From a virus: DNA of 54,674 nucleotides. The stretch lies in the IMG/VR virus record IMGVR_UViG_3300008970_000001; one strand, 5' to 3'. Of the stretch, positions 28,517 to 34,472 are shown one piece after another. A program made the translations under genes and the position numbers. Each line of letters begins with the position of its first letter. The first letter of the stretch is position 1. Under the pieces are notes generated by a model. The model was not told the origin of the DNA, ran no database searches, and worked only from the letters and a program-made list of their open reading frames with translations.

Positions 28517-29029
28517 TCACCTCATTTTCGGTTTAGCGAATATAATCGTCCTGAGCCTTAAGCCGCCGATTCGTTCAAGCTCGTAATGTACGTTCCATAG
28601 TTCACTCTTAAACCAATCCGGATATGCATGGCCGTGATACTCATCTGCATATCGTTCGGCTTCACTTCGTTTTGTCAGATCAATCGGTTCACCCTTAGAC
28701 AGACAAAGCTTGACCATATACGCCGTCGTTTTTCCCGATACTCGACCAGGTGCCACATAATCAGATACACCTGTGATATACGCCTTTTGCCAGTCGTAGA
28801 GCTTAATGTGTAATGCTCGTTCCACTATACGGATAATTTCGTCGCTCTTAGAAGGCAAAATAACTAGGCGGTTTTCGGCTTTAGCCTGAAGAAGTACGGA
28901 ATAGTCCTTAAGCCATTCGGCTAATTGTTTGTGATTGGCACTGCAAAGGTCATTCTTGCAACTATCACTGGCTATCTCTTCGCAATGCTTGATTGCTTCA
29001 TCGAGGGTTAACACGGTGCCTTCGTTCAT
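28517..29029 (-). CDS. Hypothetical protein
   Basis: 170-aa ORF. Confidence 0.62.
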   Translation of the reverse strand: MNEGTVLTLDEAIKHCEEIASDSCKNDLCSANHKQLAEWLKDYSVLLQAKAENRLVILPSKSDEIIRIVERALHIKLYDWQKAYITGVSDYVAPGRVSGKTTAYMVKLCLSKGEPIDLTKRSEAERYADEYHGHAYPDWFKSELWNVHYELERIGGLRLRTIIFAKPKMR

Positions 29030-29055
29030 TGTTTCTCACCTCATTTCTAGTAACT

Positions 29056-29100
29056 TTTACAGGTTTTCCCTCTTTCGTGTCGAAATGGTAATTGTCTAGG
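29056..29100 (+). promoter_or_regulatory. Conserved element, copy 1 (TTTACAGG...TGTCGAAATGGTAATTGT)
   Basis: One of three near-identical plus-strand copies. It starts 77 nt upstream of the ATG at 29133. Confidence 0.6.
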
Positions 29101-29132
29101 CTAACAATGTCGATAAGGAAGGAGGAGTAAAC

Positions 29133-29270
29133 ATGCCAACTACAGGAGAAAAGCCGGGTAAGGGCACATATCAGTGCACCAACTGTGGGCAAGTTGTTGT
29201 CTTGGATGATAATTCCGATACCTTGCCACCATGCCCAAAGTGCAGTAAAACAAACTTCGTAAGAGCATAA
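29133..29270 (+). CDS. Zinc-ribbon protein (45 aa)
   Basis: AGGAGG lies upstream of the ATG. Sequence is MPTTGEKPGKGTYQCTNCGQVVVLDDNSDTLPPCPKCSKTNFVRA. The ORF is below the ORF-track cutoff. Confidence 0.6.
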   Translation: MPTTGEKPGKGTYQCTNCGQVVVLDDNSDTLPPCPKCSKTNFVRA

Positions 29271-29295
29271 TAGTTAAACTGGGGGGAGCGTTTTT

Positions 29296-29424
29296 CTAGC
29301 AAGCCTTTTGGATCTTGTGAAAGAACACTCTCCCTAACCACATGTACCATTTAGCAATAAACGCTCCTTGATCGGTCTTATACATGCTTACATACTTACG
29401 TGGTAGGAATTGTTTCAATTTCAT
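29296..29424 (-). CDS. Small hypothetical protein (42 aa)
   Basis: AAAGGAGG lies 8 nt upstream of the ATG at 29424. Sequence is MKLKQFLPRKYVSMYKTDQGAFIAKWYMWLGRVFFHKIQKAC. Confidence 0.45.
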   Translation of the reverse strand: MKLKQFLPRKYVSMYKTDQGAFIAKWYMWLGRVFFHKIQKAC

Positions 29425-29450
29425 ATCTTTGAACCTCCTTTCGCAAAATA

Positions 29451-29495
29451 TTTACAGGTCTTTCCTCCTTCTGTCGAAATGGTAAGTTGTAAAGG
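29451..29495 (+). promoter_or_regulatory. Conserved element, copy 2
   Basis: Sequence is TTTACAGGTCTTTCCTCCTTCTGTCGAAATGGTAAGTTGTAAAGG. It starts 73 nt upstream of the ATG at 29524. Confidence 0.6.
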
Positions 29496-29523
29496 GGCCA
29501 AATTATTAAGGAGCGTGTTCACC

Positions 29524-29691
29524 ATGGCGGAAACTCAAGATCAATCACACGAGGTTATTGCTAAGGAAATAACCATTGCGCTTATCCAAAAGAGTTCGTA
29601 TGGCAGCGACAAGCTTTTGGAGTATGCTTGCGAATCATTTGACAAAGTTTATAAACAAATAGTGGAAACCTATAACACACCCAGAAAGTAG
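29524..29691 (+). CDS. Small hypothetical protein (55 aa)
   Basis: AAGGAG lies 10 nt upstream of the ATG. This is the in-frame internal start of track ORF 29410-29691. Confidence 0.55.
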   Translation: MAETQDQSHEVIAKEITIALIQKSSYGSDKLLEYACESFDKVYKQIVETYNTPRK

Positions 29692-29850
29692 TTAGTCCAA
29701 CGGCCCCTTTACATCTGCGCAGATTTTGCGGATCTGCTCAGCAATTGCAATTGCGTTTTGGATTTTTAGCGAATTACCAGATTTCACGTTTTCATCTTGA
29801 AGCTTTTGAAGTTCCCTGACTTGTTCTTGAAGTGCTGATTTTACGTCCAT
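29692..29850 (-). CDS. Small coiled-coil protein (52 aa)
   Basis: GGAGGTG lies upstream of the ATG at 29850. Sequence is MDVKSALQEQVRELQKLQDENVKSGNSLK.... Confidence 0.55.
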   Translation of the reverse strand: MDVKSALQEQVRELQKLQDENVKSGNSLKIQNAIAIAEQIRKICADVKGPLD

Positions 29851-29888
29851 GGGTTTCACCTCCTCTCAATAACCATCGTTTACACATT

Positions 29889-30533
29889 CTAGGCAGATTT
29901 AAGGTATTTCCTTGAAACGATGTCTTTAATAGCCTTGTAGTCATAGTCGAGATCAATTAACGAGCTTATTTGTCCTTCGATCCTCTCTACTTGTGTCAAC
30001 TCCGATGAGCTAAACCTGTTACGCAAATTCTCCTTTTTGGTAATTCCGTAAAGCTCCCTCAATTGCTTCGTATTTTTGCCAAACACTATTTTGTAAACGA
30101 GGTCTGTATAGTGCTTGTACTTCATTTGCTTGTGGGGGCTTTCCGGTAAACCTTGGATGGCGTTGGTTAATGCTTCCCGAGCTTGTTTGCCGATCTGGCG
30201 AGTCACCTTGCGACTGATGAGCTCTTTTTGCATTAGGTAGAATTGTTTAACGAGAGCCTTTTTGAACTTGCGGACTGGCAGGGTGTTTTTCATGTAGATG
30301 ATTAGTAAAGTGGCTTGCTGTTCGTTCAGCTTGTAGATTTTTTCTGACTGTCCACTTTCCAAAGGTCGGATTTCAAATCCGAGCTTGCCAAACTCTTCTA
30401 GGTCGGATTCGTAATTTCTGATCAACCTTTGAACCGTGTCGTGTTGAACTTCTCCGTTTTCCGCGATGACCTTTGAGGTAGTGAACGGTATTTCATTCAG
30501 ATCATTTGGCTCTAGGAAAACTAATTTGCTCAT
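29889..30533 (-). CDS. Rha-family phage regulatory protein / antirepressor
   Basis: Has an N-terminal Rha pattern (LVFLEPNDLNEIPFTTSKVIAENGEVQHDTVQRLIRNY...YKLNEQQATLLI). AGGAGG lies 5 nt upstream of the ATG at 30533; the track ORF extends to a GTG at 30560. Confidence 0.82.
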   Translation of the reverse strand: MSKLVFLEPNDLNEIPFTTSKVIAENGEVQHDTVQRLIRNYESDLEEFGKLGFEIRPLESGQSEKIYKLNEQQATLLIIYMKNTLPVRKFKKALVKQFYLMQKELISRKVTRQIGKQAREALTNAIQGLPESPHKQMKYKHYTDLVYKIVFGKNTKQLRELYGITKKENLRNRFSSSELTQVERIEGQISSLIDLDYDYKAIKDIVSRKYLKSA

Positions 30534-30553
30534 GCGTTCCTCCTTTCTCGTTT

Positions 30554-30569
30554 GTGTCACCTATGACAC
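30554..30569. promoter_or_regulatory. Operator-like perfect palindrome GTGTCA-N4-TGACAC
   Basis: Sequence is GTGTCACCTATGACAC, located at the junction of the cro-like and rha genes. Confidence 0.55.
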
Positions 30570-30782
30570 TTCTCTTCCAAAAAAAATTTCATCTAGAGAA
30601 AGGTTGAAATATTTTCTCATCATGAACATTTCAGAAGATCTCCAATCCCTCTTGTTGTTTTCTTTTGCCATATAGGACGTTTCAGATATTCCGAGTATTT
30701 TCGACATAGCTAACATTGATAAACCATACGAAGCTCGTAACGCTTTAAGGCTTGCGTTAGGCTGTTTTTTCTTGATTGCCAT
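30561..30782 (-). CDS. Cro-like XRE-family HTH regulator
   Basis: LSMLAMSKILGISETSYMAKEN is a helix-turn-helix. AAGGGGGTGA lies upstream of the ATG at 30782. The gene is divergent from the CI-like gene. Confidence 0.72.
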   Translation of the reverse strand: MAIKKKQPNASLKALRASYGLSMLAMSKILGISETSYMAKENNKRDWRSSEMFMMRKYFNLSLDEIFFGREVS

Positions 30783-30804
30783 TCTCTCACCCCCTTTTTC
30801 TTTT

Positions 30805-30820
30805 GTGTCATTCTTGACAC
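30805..30820. promoter_or_regulatory. Operator-like perfect palindrome GTGTCA-N4-TGACAC
   Basis: Sequence is GTGTCATTCTTGACAC, located just downstream of the minus-strand -10 element. Half-sites TATGACAC occur at 30871-30878 and 30902-30909. Confidence 0.6.
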
Positions 30821-30824
30821 CTTC

Positions 30825-30853
30825 ATAGTACATCTGGTTGCGAATAATGTCAA
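30825..30853 (-). promoter_or_regulatory. PR-like early promoter
   Basis: On the minus strand: TTGACA (30848-30853), a 17-nt spacer, and TACTAT (30825-30830). Confidence 0.55.
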
Positions 30854-30895
30854 TAAATATTTTTATGCTTTATGACACTTTTGTTATTAAAAGTA

Positions 30896-30923
30896 TTTAC
30901 TTATGACACTATATAGGTATAAT
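30896..30923 (+). promoter_or_regulatory. PRM-like promoter for the CI-like gene
   Basis: TTTACT is followed by a 16-nt spacer and TATAAT (30918-30923). It overlaps a TATGACAC half-site. Confidence 0.45.
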
Positions 30924-30947
30924 AAGAAATATAAGGAGGTTTTACAA

Positions 30948-31274
30948 TTGGAACTTTTGGAAAACATCGGCGATAAGTTAAAAGAGCTCCGGAAGGAAAA
31001 AGGCGAGTCATTGGAGGAGGTGGCGAAGTTTATAGGTTCGTCAAAATCTCTTCTTTCTAAATATGAACGTGGCGCGAGTGAACCTGGGCTAAGGGTATTA
31101 AAAAAGCTAGCAGACCATTTTAACGTATCGTTAGATTATTTGTTTGGGTTTACGAATGACAGACAACCAATAGTAGCTGAAAAAATTCAAGAGTTATTCT
31201 CTGAATTAGATGAGGCTAAGAAAAAGGAAGCTATTCGATACCTTCAATTTCTAAATTCACCCGAGGAGGAATAG
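30948..31274 (+). CDS. CI-like XRE-family repressor
   Basis: AAGGAGG lies 8 nt upstream of the TTG at 30948. LEEVAKFIGSSKSLLSKYERG is a helix-turn-helix. The upstream ATG at 30903 lies within the promoter and has no SD. Confidence 0.78.
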   Translation: MELLENIGDKLKELRKEKGESLEEVAKFIGSSKSLLSKYERGASEPGLRVLKKLADHFNVSLDYLFGFTNDRQPIVAEKIQELFSELDEAKKKEAIRYLQFLNSPEEE

Positions 31275-31277
31275 TTT

Positions 31278-32429
31278 ATGGGAAGTATATTCCAGGATAA
31301 ATCAGGTAGATGGCGCGGTGTCGTAAACCTCCCTAAGGGTCAAGATGGAAGCCGGAAGCAGAAAGTATTTTACGGAGATACAACGAAAACTGTAAGCCAG
31401 CAAAAGAAAGAACTTCAAGTTCAGATTACAGATTTGGAATATGAAATTAACAACAACTTGTACCTCAATGAAACAAATAAAACAATGGAGCAATACCTCA
31501 AAGACTGGTTGAAAGTTTATGCTGATGAAAACTTAGAAGAAACCACTCGCCAGCTTTACGAAATGTATGTCAAAGTACATATAAATCCCTCTCTAGGGAA
31601 GTTTAAAATAAAAGACATAAGGCCCATGCAGATCCAAGAATTTTACAACGAAAAAATGAAAGACGTGAAACTTGAGAATGGCAAAGTGAAAAAAGGATTG
31701 TCCAATAATACCATTGGAAAATTACACTCCTTCCTCAATAGGGCATATGAGGACGCAATTACAAATCGGACCGTCAAGTATAACCCGTGCCAAGGGGTTA
31801 AAAAGCCAAGGAAGGCAAAGTACAAGCCAGCTGTTTGCAACGAGAAGAGTTTTGAGACCTTACTGAGTGAAACGAAGGGAACACTTGATGGGGCACTGAT
31901 CTTGCTGGCTGGGATCTGTGGCCTACGGCGAGGCGAGATATTCGGGTTAAGATTCATAGACATCGATCCGATAAACTTCAAACTAACAATCTTTCAAACA
32001 AAAGTTCGATTCAATAAAAAATGGATAATCAAGAAGCCGAAGAGCGAGACGAGTTCTAGGACAATTTCCGTCCCTGAGTTCGTTACCAATACAATCTCTG
32101 CATACTTAGCTGGTCTCAAGGTGGTTCCTGAATTGATTTTTAGCGAATTTCAGCCTGACGCATACAGCAAGCACTTTAAAAAGCTTTTAGTAACACATGG
32201 TCTCCCTCCTATGCGATTTCACGACTTAAGACACTTCAACGCCGTCATTATGATGAAGTACGGAGTTCCTGACAAGGTGGCATCCCAAAGGTTAGGACAT
32301 AGCCAAGTGCAAATTACTAGAGAAATATACCAACACGTTTTACCTGATATGGATCGCCAAGCCTCAGTTGTGATCGAAGGGGTATTTTCAAAACGACCTA
32401 TAGACGCTAAAAAAACGGAGCAAGGATGA
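31278..32429 (+). CDS. int: Tyrosine integrase
   Basis: Has GLRRGE (Arg), HDLRHF (H-x-x-R) and GHSQVQITREIYQHV (His...Tyr). It is adjacent to the tRNA-derived attP. Confidence 0.92.
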   Translation: MGSIFQDKSGRWRGVVNLPKGQDGSRKQKVFYGDTTKTVSQQKKELQVQITDLEYEINNNLYLNETNKTMEQYLKDWLKVYADENLEETTRQLYEMYVKVHINPSLGKFKIKDIRPMQIQEFYNEKMKDVKLENGKVKKGLSNNTIGKLHSFLNRAYEDAITNRTVKYNPCQGVKKPRKAKYKPAVCNEKSFETLLSETKGTLDGALILLAGICGLRRGEIFGLRFIDIDPINFKLTIFQTKVRFNKKWIIKKPKSETSSRTISVPEFVTNTISAYLAGLKVVPELIFSEFQPDAYSKHFKKLLVTHGLPPMRFHDLRHFNAVIMMKYGVPDKVASQRLGHSQVQITREIYQHVLPDMDRQASVVIEGVFSKRPIDAKKTEQG

Positions 32430-32450
32430 ATCCTTTTCGCTCCGTTTTCT
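32415..32450 (+). terminator. Intrinsic terminator of int
   Basis: Two-part stem ACGGAGC/GCTCCGT and AAGGA/TCCTT around the stop codon, followed by TTTT. Confidence 0.6.
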
Positions 32451-32455
32451 ATATG

Positions 32456-32480
32456 TAAATACACACATTCTACACACACA
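32456..32480 (+). repeat. Direct repeat flanking attP core (candidate arm-type integrase site), copy 1
   Basis: TAAATACACACATTCTACACACACA, compared with copy 2 at 32676-32700. Confidence 0.55.
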
Positions 32481-32581
32481 GCATGGTAGCATAAGTTAAT
32501 TAGTGTCATAAAGATATACAAACTAAGCATAAATTTATGAGTGCTTAAATATATAGGAAGAAACTAGAATGCAGTTATAAT

Positions 32582-32664
32582 GCGGGGTCAACAATGACAC
32601 TTCGCTAGATTCAGGTTCTAGTGCTCGCAAGGGCATGGAGGTTCAAGTCCTCTCGACCGCACCA
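32582..32664 (+). other. tRNA-Leu(CAG)-like 3' fragment, candidate attP core
   Basis: Anticodon arm CTAGA-TTCAGGT-TCTAG (32605-32621). Long variable arm TGCTC-GCAA-GGGCA. T arm GGAGG-TTCAAGT-CCTCT. Acceptor 3' strand plus ACCA ends at 32664. The 5' 23 nt do not form an acceptor or D arm. Confidence 0.6.
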
Positions 32665-32675
32665 CTTTTAAATTT

Positions 32676-32700
32676 TAAATACACACATTTTTACACACAC
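32676..32700 (+). repeat. Direct repeat flanking attP core, copy 2
   Basis: TAAATACACACATTTTTACACACAC. Confidence 0.55.
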
Positions 32701-32747
32701 GTATACACAAAGCAAAATCGGGGAAATGCAACCCCCGACTTTTTATT

Positions 32748-32954
32748 TTAAACATATATTAAGTCTAGCGGAATTTGAAGCAGTTTTCTTACCCTGTAGG
32801 CAATACTTGCTGGCATTAAGCCTGGATCGCTTTCGTATCTCCTATATGAGTCAATGTTTATCCCACAAGACATCGCCACCTCATCGATTGTGTACCCGCA
32901 AGAAATCCTAGCAGCTCTTAATGTAATCTTAAACATATTTTCATTCTCCTTCAT
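32748..32954 (-). CDS. Small XRE-like HTH protein
   Basis: 68 aa with a helix-turn-helix (YTIDEVAMSCGINIDSYRRYE). GAAGGAG lies upstream of the ATG. Confidence 0.62.
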   Translation of the reverse strand: MKENENMFKITLRAARISCGYTIDEVAMSCGINIDSYRRYESDPGLMPASIAYRVRKLLQIPLDLIYV

Positions 32955-33111
32955 TTACCACTTGCCGAAGAAGGGGATAATTGGGTATAATTACAATAAC
33001 AAGAACCCTTCTTCGGAAGTGCGTTTTTTTGATAGGAAGCCGTAACTCTTGTCGGGGGAACGGGCTTCCTTCCTTTTTTACTTTCGTTTCAATTCTTGCC
33101 CTTGTGTTTCC

Positions 33112-33166
33112 ATGACAACTACCCCTTTCCGAACATATAATCTTTTATTTATAGAACATTTGTTCT
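33112..33166 (+). promoter_or_regulatory. Near-consensus promoter followed by a LexA (Cheo)-box-like palindrome
   Basis: ATGACA (33112-33117), an 18-nt spacer, and TATAAT (33136-33141). AGAACATTTGTTCT lies at 33153-33166 (GAAC-N4-GTTC). Confidence 0.45.
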
Positions 33167-33232
33167 ATTTCCTGTCCTTATATATTAGATCATGATGTTA
33201 AATCAGACAAGGGGAAATCTGTCGAACGCTAA

Positions 33233-33433
33233 TTAATTACCTCCACTCCCCCCATAAAGCTCACATACTTCAACCCCTAGCGCCTCAGCTATTATAGATT
33301 TAGCTTTTACTCCTGGACTCCTCCCTCCCTCGATTGAGGCAATATACCCCCTACTTAACCTGGTCCTGTCGGCCAGGTCTTTTTGCGTCCAGCCTTTCTC
33401 CTTTCGGATCTCGGCGATCCTCTTTCCTACCAT
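33233..33433 (-). CDS. XRE-family HTH regulator
   Basis: RIAEIRKEKGWTQKDLADRTRLSRGYIASIEGG. Confidence 0.8.
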   Translation of the reverse strand: MVGKRIAEIRKEKGWTQKDLADRTRLSRGYIASIEGGRSPGVKAKSIIAEALGVEVCELYGGSGGN

Positions 33434-33629
33434 TTTGTCAATCCCTTGATGTTACTATGATCTTATAACCAAAGTTGTGTCGAATAAGGCAATAATTACT
33501 CCCTTAAAATTGTAATAGTTTACGCTAAATATACCTCATTTTTGACACACAATTGATATGTTATCGCATATATTAGCCTTAAAGGTCTATTTTTCGGAGG
33601 AAACGCGCCTTAATTACCGAAAGTAAGCT

Positions 33630-33842
33630 GTGGTGATGAGCGTGTATCAGCCCCAAAATAGATTAGAAGAATTAATGCACAAAAAAAGAATGACCCAAAA
33701 AGAGTTGTCCCAATTAACGGGCATACCTCAGTGTGATATAAGCAAAATAATTAATGATAGAAAATCCATTTATCTTACTACTGCTCAACGAATTGCAAAA
33801 GCTTTGGGGAGTAAAGTAGATTACATCTGGCCTTATTACTAA
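33630..33842 (+). CDS. XRE-family HTH regulator
   Basis: MTQKELSQLTGIPQCDISKIINDRK. It is divergent from 33233-33433. Confidence 0.75.
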   Translation: MVMSVYQPQNRLEELMHKKRMTQKELSQLTGIPQCDISKIINDRKSIYLTTAQRIAKALGSKVDYIWPYY

Positions 33843-33879
33843 GGCCCCCAGCAGTACTGCTTAGGGTCTTATTTTATTT
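33843..33879 (+). terminator. Intrinsic terminator
   Basis: Two-part hairpin GGCCC/GGGTC and AGCA/TGCT, followed by TTATTTTATTT. Confidence 0.5.
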
Positions 33880-34226
33880 GCCCCTCCTTCCTCTTTAAAA
33901 AAATAAAAGACCTAGACTAGCTACATCTATTTTCAACAAGATGTAACCACGTCTAGGCCTCTGTACTCCAGTGAGCCTAAGGTCCTGCCTGTGCAGTGAC
34001 CACATGTTTTTTTATTATTTATAATATATCAAGATGAGCACAGAAAATCAAGGAATAAATAACTCCGGCTTCTTGGCCTTTGCGTTACCGCAGGCCTGAA
34101 GTAATAAAATCAGCAACAAAAAGGGGTATATTCGTGATTTTTTCAGGCTGCAAATTTCTCCGGAAATCTGTATGAAAAAATAAACGTTCGAAGGCGCATG
34201 AGATCAGCGTTTTAGTAAAACGGTAA

Positions 34227-34290
34227 GTAGTGCAACAGGGTGCTGCAAGAGGTTCGCGCAAGACTAAGTTGCAGTACTCTATTGCACTAC
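34227..34290. ncRNA. Long imperfect hairpin in a 630-bp non-coding gap (candidate structured RNA)
   Basis: GTAGTGCAA (34227-34235) pairs with TTGCACTAC (34282-34290). The helix continues through CTGCAA (34243-34248) paired with TTGCAG (34269-34274). Confidence 0.35.
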
Positions 34291-34434
34291 TCTAGGATAC
34301 TAGCAGGCTAAAATTAGGCCTTAATCAAAAGGCTATACGCAACACCCTGAAATACTAAAATGTTGTCGCAAAACCATTAAGATTGTCGGAAAGCAGGAAG
34401 TTATCTATAAATCATCGAATTGAATAAGTTATTA

Positions 34435-34460
34435 ATAAATCTAGAGAATAAATCTAGAGA
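34435..34460 (+). repeat. Tandem 13-bp duplication AATAAATCTAGAG x2 abutting the SD of the downstream gene
   Basis: Read directly from the sequence. Each unit contains TCTAGA. Confidence 0.7.
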
Positions 34461-34472
34461 GGAGTTTTAGTC

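Noticed and set aside
28998-29192. 64-aa minus-strand track ORF
   Set aside because: It has no SD and overlaps conserved element copy 1. It also overlaps the plus-strand zinc-ribbon ORF, which has a strong SD and a CxxC..CxxC pattern.
30903-30947. ATG at 30903 as the start of the CI-like repressor
   Set aside because: It lies within the -35/-10 region of the putative promoter and has no SD. The in-frame TTG at 30948 has AAGGAGG 8 nt upstream.
32582-32664. A complete functional tRNA-Leu gene
   Set aside because: Only four acceptor base pairs can form. Just 23 nt precede the anticodon stem, compared with about 26-28 expected. No D arm with GG is present. The fragment is therefore interpreted as an attP core.
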